Source: an uncultured Gemmatimonadaceae bacterium (GTDB taxonomy: Bacteria; Gemmatimonadota; Gemmatimonadetes; Gemmatimonadales; Gemmatimonadaceae). Taken from it: a DNA stretch of 64,000 nt. The stretch covers positions 192,001 to 256,000 of the forward strand of contig CAWHHI010000011.1 of NCBI GenBank assembly GCA_963829055.1, written 5' to 3'. A program made the translations under genes and the position numbers. The notes beneath the pieces are model-generated. The model made no database searches and was not told the DNA's origin. It saw nothing but the letters and a program-made list of their open reading frames with translations. This document shows positions 21,534 through 33,513 of the stretch, one piece after another (the stretch's first letter is position 1; each line of letters opens with the position of its first letter).

Positions 21534-22640
21534 ATGCCCAGCAGACGCGACTTCCTGAAGACCTCGGCCGCGGTCGGCGGCTCGGTGCTCGTCGGCGCCG
21601 CCGCGCCCGGCCTCCTCGCCGCCACGCCCGAGAGAGCGCGCGCGCCGATGCGCCTCCTCATCCTCGGGGGCACGGGGTTCATCGGGCCGCACCTGGTGAA
21701 GCACGCCGTCGCGCGCGGCCACACGGTTTCGATCTTCACGCGCGGCCGCCGCGACGCCAGCACGCTGCCGGCCGAGGTCGAGCGCCTCGTCGGTGACCGC
21801 AACGGCCAGCTCGGCGCGCTCGAGGGGAAGAAGTGGGACGCCGTCTTCGACGACTCGGCCACCAACCCCGACTGGGTGCGTCAGTCCGCGACGCTGCTCA
21901 AAGGCAACGTCGGTCAGTATCTCTTCATTTCGTCCACCGGCGTCTACTACCCGTACCTCAAGAAGGGCCTCGACGAGTCGACGCCGCCGCTGCTCGAGGG
22001 GGATCAGAAGGACGGCTCGGCGGCGTATGGCACGGCGAAGGCACAGAGCGAGAAGATCACGCTCGACACCTTCGGCGAAGGTGGCATCGTCGTCCGGCCG
22101 TCGTACATCGTGGGCCCCGGCGACACGACGGATCGCTTCCCGTACTGGCCGGTCCGCCTCGCGCGCGGTGGCGAGGTGCTGGTGCCCGGGAAGCGCGACG
22201 ATTCGGCGCAGTTCATCGACGTGCGCGACCTCGTCGAGTTCATGGTGAAGGTGGTGGAGGACAAGCGCTCCGGCCCCTTCAATGCCGCTGGCCCCCGGGA
22301 CCCGATCACCATCCGCGCGTTCGTGGAGGCGGCGGCGAGCGCGCTCGGCGCCAAGGTCACGTTCACGCAGGTGGACGACTACGACTTCCTCACCGAGCAC
22401 AAGATCTTCAGCATGGTGCCGTGGGTGCTGCCGACGGGGAACAACTTCGGCCACACGGCGATCAGCAACGCGCGCGCGAAGGCCGCGGGGCTCGGCTTCC
22501 GTCCGCTCGCCACGACGGTGCGCGACACGCTTGCCTGGTGGCCCACCGAGCCGGAGGCGCGCCGTAACGCCCCGCGCTTCGCGCTCACGCCTGAGCAGGA
22601 GGCGACGGTGCTCGCGGCCTGGAAAGCGAGAAAGGGATGA
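21534..22640 (+). CDS. Tat-signal NAD-dependent epimerase/dehydratase family protein
   Basis: SRRDFLK Tat motif; GGTGFIG; YGTAK. Confidence 0.93.
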   Translation: MPSRRDFLKTSAAVGGSVLVGAAAPGLLAATPERARAPMRLLILGGTGFIGPHLVKHAVARGHTVSIFTRGRRDASTLPAEVERLVGDRNGQLGALEGKKWDAVFDDSATNPDWVRQSATLLKGNVGQYLFISSTGVYYPYLKKGLDESTPPLLEGDQKDGSAAYGTAKAQSEKITLDTFGEGGIVVRPSYIVGPGDTTDRFPYWPVRLARGGEVLVPGKRDDSAQFIDVRDLVEFMVKVVEDKRSGPFNAAGPRDPITIRAFVEAAASALGAKVTFTQVDDYDFLTEHKIFSMVPWVLPTGNNFGHTAISNARAKAAGLGFRPLATTVRDTLAWWPTEPEARRNAPRFALTPEQEATVLAAWKARKG

Positions 22641-22745
22641 GCAATGCGTGAGACTCGTGCTCGGCCGCAAGCGACTTCGCTTTGTGCAACCGTTCTTGGT
22701 ATCGCCCGAGACAAAGTACGTCGCCCCACCGTCAACCACGGACAC

Positions 22746-23099
22746 ATGAAGCGAATACTCGTCGTCGCCCTAACGATCGTGACGAGCAAGGAGCTCGTCG
22801 CCCAGATACCCAAGCCGGTTATCGAACAGCCGACGCCCGTAACGGGGGTAAGCTCTGGGACGCACGGGCCGAAGATGCCGACAATGCCACGAAAGACCGA
22901 CCCGGCCAGCCGGGCGGCCCACAGTGACACGACGGAGATTCTCCACGCCATGGCCCAGAAGCTCCGGACGAAGGACGTCGACCGCTCCGCCGTCACGATC
23001 CAGAACGACACGGCCTGGGTGAGCCTCACGGACCCGAAGTATCGCGGGGTCGTCTATCGGCTCGAGCGACGCCATTCGTGGAAAGTCGTCGACCGGTGA
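22746..23099 (+). CDS. Secreted hypothetical protein
   Basis: Signal-like MKRILVVALTIV; ORF fills the intergenic gap. Confidence 0.55.
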   Translation: MKRILVVALTIVTSKELVAQIPKPVIEQPTPVTGVSSGTHGPKMPTMPRKTDPASRAAHSDTTEILHAMAQKLRTKDVDRSAVTIQNDTAWVSLTDPKYRGVVYRLERRHSWKVVDR

Positions 23100-23202
23100 A
23101 GACGACGTCGCCGCGCCGTGCTTACGCGGTGCTTGCCGGAAAAAAACGTCAGGCCCTCGTTAGGCGTGGCGCCGAGGATCGGAAGCTCACAGGAAGTCCG
23201 CA

Positions 23203-23745
23203 TCAGGTCATTGCCTGTGCCAGCCACGCGCGCGCCACGCGCCAGTCGCGCTTCACCGTCGCCGTCGACAGGCCAAGCGCGGCCGCCGTCTCGTCCACAT
23301 CCAGTCCTCCAAAGAACCGACATTCCACGACGGCGGCCCGCCGGCTGTCCACCTTCTGGAGCTCTTCCAGAGCCGCGTGCAGATCGAGCAGCTGCGCAGA
23401 CTTGAGCGGCATCGCCTGGATCTCGTGGTCGAGCGTCACGGCGATGTCCTCCCCGCCGCGTTTCTGCGCGTGGCGGCGGCGTGCTCCGTCGATGAGCACT
23501 TCCCGCATCGCCCGCGCGATGAGGAGCTTGAAATGGGCCGCGTCGTTTGCCGGAACCTTTCCGGGGAGCAGCCTGAGGTAGGCCTCGTGCACGAGCGCCG
23601 TGGTGCTCAACGTCTGCGCATGATCCCCTCGCACCCGCTTGGCGATGCGGCGCAGCTCGTCGTACGCGAGCGTGAACAGTGAGTCGAGCGCCCCCTTCTC
23701 TCCATCACGCGCGCCGCGAAGCAGTACGTCCGTGGCCTGGGTCAC
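23203..23745 (-). CDS. ECF-type sigma factor (kinase-associated type)
   Basis: TLSTTALVHEAYLRL, KRGG, VVECRFFGGL, TVKRDWRVARAWL; GTGA overlap with the kinase stop. Confidence 0.93.
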   Translation of the reverse strand: MTQATDVLLRGARDGEKGALDSLFTLAYDELRRIAKRVRGDHAQTLSTTALVHEAYLRLLPGKVPANDAAHFKLLIARAMREVLIDGARRRHAQKRGGEDIAVTLDHEIQAMPLKSAQLLDLHAALEELQKVDSRRAAVVECRFFGGLDVDETAAALGLSTATVKRDWRVARAWLAQAMT

Positions 23746-26295
23746 TTCACCGGCCGCCGCGGGTCTGCTTCCGCGAGAATGGCGGCAGCTTCGGGAATTT
23801 TCCGGAACTCATCGAGCTCGGTTCCCTGGTACATGAACCACAGCCATGCGCCACGCACTTTCACGCGCCTCAGGAGAGAAAGCGCGAGGTCGTTCTTCCC
23901 GAGCGCGACGGCGGCCATGCTGATCCAGTACGCCTCGGTGTAGGTGGGCGCAGCCGGATCTGCAATCAATCGCGTTGCTTCCTCCAGACGGACGAGCGCT
24001 CCAGCGGTGTCTCCACGAGCCGCGAGAGCCTTCGAGAGCGCGACCAGGGGAGGAATGCGATAGCTCGAATCGAGGGTGAGCGCGAACTCCGCATCCTTCA
24101 GCGCCCCCGCTACATCACCGGAAGAAACCCTAACGAGGCTCCGCGCCGCGACGGCGTACGGGACTCTTGGAGACACCGCGAGCGCGCTGTCGAGCACGCG
24201 ATGCGCTTCCTGGAGTCGCCCCTGGCGCTTGTATATCGCCGCGATCGGGACGAACACCATCGCGCGGTCCGGCTCGATGTCGAGCGCGCGGTAATAGGCG
24301 GCGAGCGCTTCGGTGTATCTGCCGAGTGCCGTAAGTGTCTGGCCGTACTGGTGGAATGCTTCGACGTTGTAGGGGTCGAGCGTGATCGTGTGCTGCAGCG
24401 CTTCCACCGCACCGGTGAGACGTCTCGGGTCACGTTGGACGAGCAGGTAGCCGCGGGCAAGCCACGCATCGGCTGATGTCGAATCGAGCGCGACGGCACG
24501 GTTCGCGAGCCGGAGCCCTTCCGCGAGCGGATCTGACGGGTACAGGCGTGATGGCTTCCATCCCCAGTCGATGAGCAGGGAGTAGGCGTACGACTGTCTG
24601 GCAAACGCTGCGGCAAACGTCGAATCCAGCCGCGCGGCCTCCCGATACCTAACGAGCGCTGCCTGGACAGAGGCCGGAGTGCGGAGAGCGAGGAGCTTGT
24701 TACCGAGCAGGAACTCCTCGTAGGCGCCGGCATTCGCCGGGAAGCTGCGTCCGATGCTGTGGCGCTCCTGCGGCGCGAGCGGTTTGCCGAGCGCCCCCAG
24801 GATGCCGATGACGAAATCGCGGCTCAGGTCGTGAATTGCCGCGCGGTGGAACGTGCGGCTTTCCGTCCACAGGACGCGGCGATCGCGTGCCGACTGCAGT
24901 GATCCGGTCACCTCGGTAGTGTCCCCGCGATGGCGCGTCGTGAGCCGGAAGAGATGGAGGTTCCGCCGCTCGCTTTCCGGTGCGAGCGTGTCGCGTGCCG
25001 GGACGAGACTGACGCGTCCCAGCGCGGTGACCCGCGCCGCGACCTCGTCGGTCAGTGCGCCGAGTATGCTGGCCGAAAGAGTGTCGGCCAGATTGCCGGC
25101 GACTGGCAGCACCGCGAGCCTCGATCACGTCATGCTCTGCGACGCCGGCTCTCGCTGACCATGCACCGAACGCCGTGGCAGCGAAGGCAACGAGCGCAGC
25201 CGCGGCGATCGTGAGATTGCGCGCGCGCGACCAGTGTCTCGCGGCGCGCTCGAGATCGCGGAAGATCGCGCTCCCGTCTGCATAACGCTTCGTCGGATCC
25301 TTCTCGAGTGCGCGCATGATCACCGCGATGGCGACCGCGGGGAGGCTGCGAATCGAATCGGGGGCTCGAACGGGCTGCGGATCCGCAACGAGCGCGAGGA
25401 TCTCCGAGGTGGTCCCTCCCGTGAACGGGGGAGATCCCGCGATCATCTCGTAGAGCACGACGCCGAGCGACCATACGTCGCTGCGCGAATCGGGCGCTTC
25501 ACGACGCGCATGCTCCGGACTCATGTACCGGACCGTGCCGGCCGTCGTAGAGCCTTCACGCGTGGAACTGACCAGCGTCGCGATCCCGAAGTCGAGCAGC
25601 TTCACGAGACCGTCGCGCGTGATGAAGATGTTCTCCGGCTTCACATCGCGGTGCACCAGCCCCGCCTGGTGCGCCGCCGCCAGACCCGCGGCCACCTGGC
25701 GCGCGATGTCGAACGCGTCGCGCGGGGGAATCGCACCACGGGTGAGCCGCTCGCGCAGCGTTTCACCCTCATACCTGGCCATCGCGATGAAGCGGTGGCC
25801 ATCCGTCGTCGTTCCGATCTGGTAGATCGTCGCGACGTTGGGATGGTCGAGCGCCGACGCGGCCTGTGCTTCGGCGACGAGTCGTTCGCCGGCGGAGGGA
25901 TCCCCGCCCATGGCGACAGGCAGCAGCTTGAGGGCGGCCACCCGGCCGAGTGTGCGGTCGCGCGCCGCGTAGACGACCCCCATTCCCCCACGGCCGATTT
26001 CGGAGACGATGTCGAAGTCGCCGACCCGGTCGCCCTCGCGAAGCGGTGCCGCATCGCGGGTGTCGGTCTCGATGGCGATGTGGGCGAGCGGTGCGATGCC
26101 CTGGTCGATGAGGTCGTTCGTGCCCTCGTCCGCGGAGAGCATGGCTCGCAGCGTCGCGAGGAGGACGACATCTCCCTCGGTCTCCGCGTCCAGCACGCGC
26201 TCGCGTTCTACCGGGGCGAGGTCCATCAACCGTTCGAAGATGGCTACAGCACGTTGCCACTGAGCGGGGTCGAGCGGCGATCTGCCTGTGACCAA
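23742..26295 (-). CDS. Ser/Thr protein kinase with TM and TPR domain (frameshift near 25115)
   Basis: GRGGMG, ALK, HRDVKPEN, DFG, YMSPE, DVWSLG; TM helix; TPR repeats. Confidence 0.93.
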
Positions 26296-26439
26296 CGGCG
26301 GCTCCGGCTGATGGTTGGGGAGCCAAAAGTGTGAGCCCGAGCAGCCTCGTGCGCAAGCAGTTGATCCCCTCCTACCCGGTTTTGCGCAGGGTGAAACAGA
26401 AGGAACGACTTCCACCCGCCTGACATACCGGGGTTCCAA

Positions 26440-29400
26440 ATGCGATTGCGCCGCATCCTCCTCATTGCTGCTGCCACTCTGTCGGCCTGCAACGACATCG
26501 ACGGACCTCGTGGCCGCGAGATCAGCCCGGTGTCCGGGTCACAAGTGCGCGATGCGCGAAACGGCGGCGTCACCGGCTTCTATTTCCTGCCGCCGATCGC
26601 GCCGGCAATCACGTATACGGGTGCGTTCGACGCGAAGCGATCTCCTGTCGTCCTGATCTGCCGCCTCGAGGATGCAGCGTGCACGGAATCCGGTCGCGCA
26701 GCTCACCAGCTCGGGATCCGGCGCCGAGCGCGTGCGCGTCAGCATCGAGAACGAGCACTATGGTGTGGAATGGAGCACCCGTGGTCCCGGCCTTCTGCCG
26801 GGTGCGACCTATCGCGTCAGGGTACTCGATGGAGCGACCGAGCTGGGATACGCCGACGTGCGCCTGTTGAAGACCGACGCCGAAGCGAAGGCCCTTCCGT
26901 CCGGCATCGTCGGGGTCGTCTTCGGCTCGACGCTGGCCATCAAGTTCCGCGTCGAAGTATCGACGGTGGGCCCGCCAGTGAACGCGACGCTCGGAGCAGC
27001 CGGCGGAACCGTGCGCGTGCCACTCGGCGCGGGTGGAATCTTCACGCTCGAGGTTCCTGCTGGAGCCCTGGATGCGGAGGTTGCGTTCACCATCACCCCG
27101 CGAGCGCCAATCGCGGGCAAGCTGGCGTCCATCGGGATCGCGCCGGCGAACGTTCTCTTCGCGCAGCCCGCTCGCATCTCCGCTCAGCCTGCCCACGACC
27201 GTCGTATCGACGTTAGGCAAGCCGGCGTTCGTGCTGGGAAACGGCTCCTTTCCCCTGCTTCTCGCCACTGACGCAGTCGAACCCGGAAAGGTCTTCAGCG
27301 CACGCCTCCCGATGCTCGGCAACCTGCCTTCGTTCCTCCGTTCACAGACGGCGACACGAGTCGGGTATGCAATGAACGCAGCAGCAGAGCCTTCGGGAGA
27401 CGCGATCGATCTCGTGATCGCGGACGCGCAACAGGTAATCACCGCCTTTCTCGCAGCGGCTGCTGACCTCGATTCGAAGCGGAGCTTCACATCTGCCATC
27501 AAGTATCGGATGGAAGCCGCGGCACTGGCGCAGTGGGCCGGCTTGGATGATCTGGCGACAGAGGCAATCGCGGCTGGCCAGGCCTCGGCCTGTGCAAAGC
27601 TCGATCAGGTCACTGGTCTCGCCCCGACGGCCCTGGGAACCGAGTTCAGGGATCTCTGGAAGGCTCTCGAGCCCGTGCTCGCATGGGTTGGTGCCGCGCA
27701 GTCGGTCGGACTGAACCCGGAAGAGTGCCCGTCTCTCGCGGCCTTTCGGACCAGCTTGTCCGAGCTCGTCGCTGACTTCGTGACACTGTATACCGCGGCA
27801 ATGGAGCGGTCGCGCTTTCCGAGCAATGCCGAAGGTCTACAGGATCAGATCTACTCTGCTCTGCTCGTCCGGAAGTACGGGTTCCCGCTGGGAATGGATG
27901 CGGACTTCGATCGCATCAAGTCGCTGATTCAGCGACCGCTCGCGCAACGCTATCGAAGGGCCGCGTACGACTTCTGCCGGAGTGACAATAGTCAGCATCT
28001 CATCAAGGAAGTATTCCTCGCTGCGCGTGATTCTGTCATGTACGCGCGCAACCTTCCGCAGGTATCTGCGCTGGGACAACGAGTACAGGCGGATGACGAT
28101 TTCGGGTTCGACGCGGCTGGCCTTTCGGAGGATCTCCAGCTTTGCGGAACCGCCATCGTCGTTACCAGCGAGGATGCCAGGGGGAACAGAACCCTCGAAG
28201 GCGGCATCGGGGGTACCAGCATCCCGGGTCAACCCGAGCGGAGCCTCGACATCGATGCGAACCCACACGGAAAGATCGAGCTCGAAGGTACCCTGATCGC
28301 GTTTCGGTGTGGTGAAGACGTCGGGAACGATGTCATCAATGTCGACTTCAACGGCGTGCGTGTCCGGACGTGGACCCGGCCCCAGCCTACCGCACATTTC
28401 ATCGTCAACGAGACAAAAAAGTTCGATGTCGACAGCCTGGCGATGGTGGCAGGACTGGACGCGAACGGCGGAGGAACCTTTCCGCTGACCCTCAGTCGCG
28501 AAGGAAACGCATGCGGAGGGTCGTACTCCCTCCCCGGCGCAGGCACATCCACGTTGCTCGCGACGATCAACGTGAAGTTCCCGAAGATCGCCGTGAGCGT
28601 CGCTCCGACGACGGCGGCACTCGCGCCTGGAGAGAACAAGACATTCACCGCGACTGTCACCGGTGCGGCCAATACCGACGTCACATGGACGGTGATCGGC
28701 GGCAGTTACGTGGCCACAGGCAATTCCATCACGTACACCGCTGGCCCTACCGCCGGTTCATTCACCGTCACCGCGACGAGCGTCGAGGAGCCGGCGAGCA
28801 GCGCAGAGGCACAGGTGAACGTTGTCGCGCCACCAGCGATCACGCTCGCACTGACGCGCATCGACGGCGGAGCGCAGTCGCAGGTGTCGGTGGCGGCGGG
28901 TAATGCATGCACCCAGAGCTTCTTTCTTCCAACGACGTCACCGCCGCCGGGCGCTGTCACACTGAGCCCCGCGCAGTGTGCAGCAGGAGGAGCAAGCGCC
29001 TCGGCGACCCAGCGATACACGTCGACCGTAACGTCCGGAAGCTTGATGACGTTCACTGCGAGCGGCCAATCCTCCACGAGCTCGGCCGTCGAGACCACGC
29101 GCGGATTCACGCAGGCGTATGCGACGTTCGATTTCGAGGTGAGCGGAGGCGACGTCTCCGTTACACTGAGCGGGCAGTTGAACGCCAGCATTCCGGACAC
29201 GACGAGTAGCACGGAGGCGCGTGCCTCGTTCATCCTGCAGCGCCGTCTCGGTGCGCGCCTGGTCGATAAGCAGGTGGGTGGAAACGCTGGCGACACGCCA
29301 TTCACGACATCAGCGCCTTTGTCCGGAACCTATCGGCTCACTCCCGGCATCTATCGGGTCAACGTGTTCGCCACTGGCGAGGCGGCGGCGGTCATGCGTC

Positions 29401-29480
29401 CGGATGCCCAGGGTGATCTGGAGTTGCGTAGCGCGGCCGGTTCGTCGAACTACAGCTTTACGCTGACTGTTGCGCCGTAG
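26440..29480 (+). CDS. Large multidomain lipoprotein (ZU5-like, helical and Ig-like segments), frameshifted
   Basis: Lipobox LSAC; GGTV..LEVPAGAL..FTITP (ZU5-like); VSVAP..TFTATVTG..VTW Ig-like domain; indels near 26680 and 27170. Confidence 0.7.
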
Positions 29481-29574
29481 GCCCGTCGTGGCCTGATCGG
29501 CGTACAGATTTGTTGGAAGGATCCGCGGCTTGAGCGCGGGCCAAAAGAATCAGACCCGATGGGTCAGGATGAGA

Positions 29575-29609
29575 AACGGCCGCGCAACCACGTCGGTTGC
29601 GCGGCCGTT
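29575..29609 (-). terminator. 15-bp stem hairpin downstream of the tRNA 3'-end copy
   Basis: AACGGCCGCGCAACC-acgtc-GGTTGCGCGGCCGTT. Confidence 0.7.
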
Positions 29610-29620
29610 CGTTAGGTTCG

Positions 29621-29654
29621 ACTGGGGCGGGTGGATTCGAACCACCGACCTCCT
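29621..29654 (-). repeat. att-like duplicate of the tRNA-Asn 3' end
   Basis: ACTGGGGCGGGTGGATTCGAACCACCGACCTCCT identical to 48719-48752. Confidence 0.93.
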
Positions 29655-29999
29655 CGTCAACAGGCAAAGCGCCAGAAACGGCATCACGTCGCTGACTGCG
29701 AGCGTGCGATTGCCACCCCGCCGTTAGGTCGCACGATGACCAAATACCATCTCTGCCCTTCCGGCGCGCCTGTCGACAGACACAAGCCGTGAGTTATCCT
29801 CACTCGGTTGCGGCGTCTCGATCCAACCGCGTTTGGGTACGGCATTCGGTACTTCCCGCTGCGCGAGATGCATCCGCTCGCGGAGCACGCCGCTGGGACA
29901 GCGGAGGCTGCGGATGGGGTGCGAGGCTGCGCCTGATCGCAACGGCTCGTTAGGCAGAACAGTGACGCCCGATTCGGACATGATCGCCCTACGTCACCG

Positions 30000-30550
30000 C
30001 GCCGGATGGTGGCCGGCGCGTGGCTGGGACTGACGAGCATGCGCGAGCGTGTGCGGCTCGTGGACGGCCAGCTCACGATCCATTCGGCGAAGGGCGAGGG
30101 CACGCGCCGCGAGGCACGCGTGCCCTGTCATTCCACTTTCCGCGCCTCTCTCTGACCCGTCCCTAAGGGCTGATAGCAGCAGAACCCGCCGCCGCGTACC
30201 GTCTCGTCAGAGCCTGACGTGCACCCGACGCCCACGTATGGCGCCGCGGTCGATGACGACGAAGAGCTGTTGCCGATCATTCGGCCGACACGAAGCGTCC
30301 GTCGTTCGACTGTCTGGTGCTCGACATCGAGTTCGGTGGCATGTCGGGCATCGACCTGGCCACGCGTCTCGTGGCCGACGAGTGTCCAACGTCATTCATC
30401 TATCTCACGGCTCTTGACGAATCCATTGCCCGCGCCAGCGCAGGCGTGTCAGGTGCCGCCGCGTACTCTCGCAAGACCGACTCCGGTGCCGACGTTGTGA
30501 CCGTCTCGAAGCTCGCCTCATTCGGCACCTTCGTGCCAGCTATCAAGTGA
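30000..30550 (+). pseudogene. Histidine kinase C-terminus and response-regulator remnants
   Basis: GLTSMRERVRLVDGQLTIHSAKGEGT; AVDDDE and LDIEFGGMSGIDLA in different frames. Confidence 0.65.
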
Positions 30551-30669
30551 GTGTCGGCGCTATGCCGTTCATCCAGAGAACGGACGGTCGTGGAAGCTAG
30601 AGGGGCGATCGTCCTTCTGCTTCCGAAGCGACACTGAGACGGATCTCGCAAATGACAAAGGATGCAATC

Positions 30670-32658
30670 ATGCGAACAACGCTGCCACTCGTCATCGGAA
30701 CCGCGCTGTTCATCGCCGCATGCGAAGGATCGCCGCCCCCGGCGACGCCTGCCGGAGGAGCATCGCCAGCGGTGCGACTTGGGGGTGAGCCGACCGGCGC
30801 TGGAACGGTCACCGCCGATGCCGGTGAGATCCAGCCGGTGGATCCCTCCAAGTTCTACAAAGAGCCCGGCTACTCTCCATACGCGGGACGCCGCTATCCG
30901 GAGCGGCCGTACTTCGGCGACGAGCACGTGCACACCGCGTGGTCTGTCGATGCGGGCGGCTTCGGGACGACACTCGGCCCGGAGGAAGCGACGCGATTCG
31001 CACGGGGCGAGGAAGTCACCTCCACCAGCGGTCAGCCCGTGAAGCTCGGACAGCCCCTGGACTGGGTCGCCATCACCGATCACTCCGATGGCATGGGCAT
31101 GATTACCGAGATCAAGAACGCGAATCCCGAGTTGCTAGCGGACCCGACGATCAAGAAGTGGTACGGCATGTTCAACAGCGGCCCGACTGAGGCGCGGGCC
31201 GCAGTGATGGAGTTGGTGAAGGCGCAGGCCACCAGAAATATGCCGCCGCCCTTCATGGATCCCAAGTTCGCGCGGAGCCTGTGGATCAGGAATACCGCGA
31301 TCGCCGACAAGTACAACGAGCCGGGGCGGTTCACCACGCTGATCGGCTATGAGTGGACGTCGAACGCCGGCGGCGGCGACAACCTGCACCGGAACGTCAT
31401 CTACCGCGACGGCAAGGACAAGGCGGACATGGTGCTGCCGTACACGACGTTCCAGAGCGAAAACCCGGAAGACCTCTGGAAATGGATGGCGGCGTGGGAG
31501 AAGACGACGGGCGGCAAGATGCTCGCGATTCCCCACAACGGAAACTTGTCGAACGGCCGCATGTTCGCGCTGACGACGTTCGGTGGCGATCCGCTGACCA
31601 AGGCCTGGGCGGACGAGCGTCAGAAGTGGGAGCCGCTGTACGAAGTGATTCAGATGAAGGGACAGGGCGAGGCCCATCCCGCGATCTCGACCACCGACGA
31701 GTTCGTGCAGAACTACGAGTTGTGGGATCGCGGAAACCTGACCCTGATCCCGAAGAAGCCCGGCCAGCTCCAGACCGAATACGCGCGGGACGCGCTCAAG
31801 AACGGACTGAAGGTCGAACAGGACCTCGGGACCAACCCGTTCAAGTTCGGCCTGGCTGCGGGCACCGACACGCACAATGGCCTGACGGCCGCGGAAGAGG
31901 ACAATTTCTTCGCGAAGTTTCCGGCGTCGGAACCGAGGGCGGACCGCTGGGACGAGAACGCGATAAAGATGGGCGAGCGGGTGGTCAAGGGCTGGGAGAT
32001 GACGGCGGCCGGCTACACTGCAGTGTGGGCTACGGGCAACACACGCGCCGAGTTGTTCGACGCGATGATGCGCCGCGAGACCTACGCGACGAGCGGTCCC
32101 CATATGACCGTCCGCTTCTTCGGCGGCTACGACTTCACGCGGGCCGACGCTACGCGCACCCCCGCGGCCACGGGCTACGCGAAGGGTGTCCCGATGGGCG
32201 GCGATCTCCCCGCTGCCCCCCCCGGGAAAGCGCCAACGTTCCTGGTCGCCGCGCTCAAGGACGTCCGGAGCGGCAACCTCGATCGCATCCAGATCATCAA
32301 AGGCTGGGTCGACAAGAGCGGACAGACGCACGAGAAGATCTTCGACGTGGTCTGGGGCAACAGGGACCGACGGAAGATCGTGAATGGCAGACTGACGCCG
32401 GTCGGCAACACGGTGGACGTGGCCACCGCCACGTGGACGAACACCATCGGCGACCCGGAACTGGTCACCGTGTGGCGTGATCCGGAATTCGATCCGTCGG
32501 TTCGGGCGGTGTACTACGCGCGGGTGCTGGAGATCCCCACCCCACGGTGGACCGCGTACGACGCCGCGTACTTCAAGATCAAGATCGGGGATCCGAAAGC
32601 ACCGATGACGACGCAAGAGCGCGCATTCACCTCGCCAATCTGGTACGCGCCGAAGTAG
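30670..32658 (+). CDS. DUF3604 family lipoprotein (PHP-like putative metallohydrolase)
   Basis: Lipobox IAAC; FGDEHVHTAWSVDA, AITDHSD, GYEWT, NLHRNV, IPHNGN, TDTH, QERAFTSPIWY. Confidence 0.92.
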   Translation: MRTTLPLVIGTALFIAACEGSPPPATPAGGASPAVRLGGEPTGAGTVTADAGEIQPVDPSKFYKEPGYSPYAGRRYPERPYFGDEHVHTAWSVDAGGFGTTLGPEEATRFARGEEVTSTSGQPVKLGQPLDWVAITDHSDGMGMITEIKNANPELLADPTIKKWYGMFNSGPTEARAAVMELVKAQATRNMPPPFMDPKFARSLWIRNTAIADKYNEPGRFTTLIGYEWTSNAGGGDNLHRNVIYRDGKDKADMVLPYTTFQSENPEDLWKWMAAWEKTTGGKMLAIPHNGNLSNGRMFALTTFGGDPLTKAWADERQKWEPLYEVIQMKGQGEAHPAISTTDEFVQNYELWDRGNLTLIPKKPGQLQTEYARDALKNGLKVEQDLGTNPFKFGLAAGTDTHNGLTAAEEDNFFAKFPASEPRADRWDENAIKMGERVVKGWEMTAAGYTAVWATGNTRAELFDAMMRRETYATSGPHMTVRFFGGYDFTRADATRTPAATGYAKGVPMGGDLPAAPPGKAPTFLVAALKDVRSGNLDRIQIIKGWVDKSGQTHEKIFDVVWGNRDRRKIVNGRLTPVGNTVDVATATWTNTIGDPELVTVWRDPEFDPSVRAVYYARVLEIPTPRWTAYDAAYFKIKIGDPKAPMTTQERAFTSPIWYAPK

Positions 32659-32666
32659 AGGCCGTC

Positions 32667-33513
32667 GTGCGCATCCGAAAAATGCTCAGCGAGCCGATGC
32701 TCCACTTCATGGTGATGGGCATTGTGCTTTTCGCGGTTTACCAGTGGAGGGCGCCTGCGGACACCACCGGACACCGCCTCGTCATTACTCAGGGCGTGGT
32801 GGACGATCTCGTCACTCAGCACGTGGCAGCGCGGGGCCGAAAACCCTCCGACGTCGAGTTGCACCATCTGATCGACGGCTACGTGCGGGAGGAGATCCTC
32901 TACAGGGAAGGCATAGCGCTGGCGCTGGACCGCGACGACATCGTCGTGAAGCGCCGTGTCCGCCAGAAGCTCGAGGTCATGGCGGAGGAACAAGCGTCGA
33001 CGGCCGCTCCGAGCGACGCGCAGTTGTCGGCGTACATGGCTGCCAACCCCGACCGGTTCAGAAAGCCGCCGATCATCACCTTCGAGCAAGTATTCCTCGG
33101 CCCGGTGACATCGGAACTGGCGGTCCTGCCCGTCGCGAGTGTGGGCCGCGATACCCGTGAGCGCGAGTTCGACCCGGTGAAGCTCGGGCGACCCACGCTG
33201 CTACCGGAGAGAATGACCGAGACCGAGTCCCCGATTATCGCGCGCACCTTCGGGCGGGCGTTCGCGTCGGCATTGGAAGAGGCGAACGTCGGCGTGTGGA
33301 CCGGACCGCTCCCATCGGCGTTCGGGGCGCACTACATCCGAGTGTCTGCGCGCACGACGGCCGTGATGCCTCAGTTGTCCGAGGTCCGCGACCTCGTTGT
33401 CCGGGAGTGGGAGAATGCGCGGCGCCAGCGGGCACGCGACGAGAGCTATGCGAAGCTGCGCCGCAGGTATGACGTCAGCATCGAAGCGAAGCCGTCGGCT
33501 GGAACAGCCATGA
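32667..33513 (+). CDS. Parvulin-like peptidyl-prolyl isomerase family protein (reads in frame into next gene)
   Basis: EPMLHF, REEILYREGIALALDRDD, WTGPLPSAFGAH. Confidence 0.82.

Noticed and set aside
29621..29670. Second functional tRNA-Asn
   Set aside because: Only the 3' half is present; D-arm and 5' acceptor strand are missing.
21513..32616. Long antisense and alternate-frame ORFs (e.g. 21513-22745, 25234-26334, 31135-32616)
   Set aside because: Shadow ORFs of high-GC genes; no recognisable motifs.
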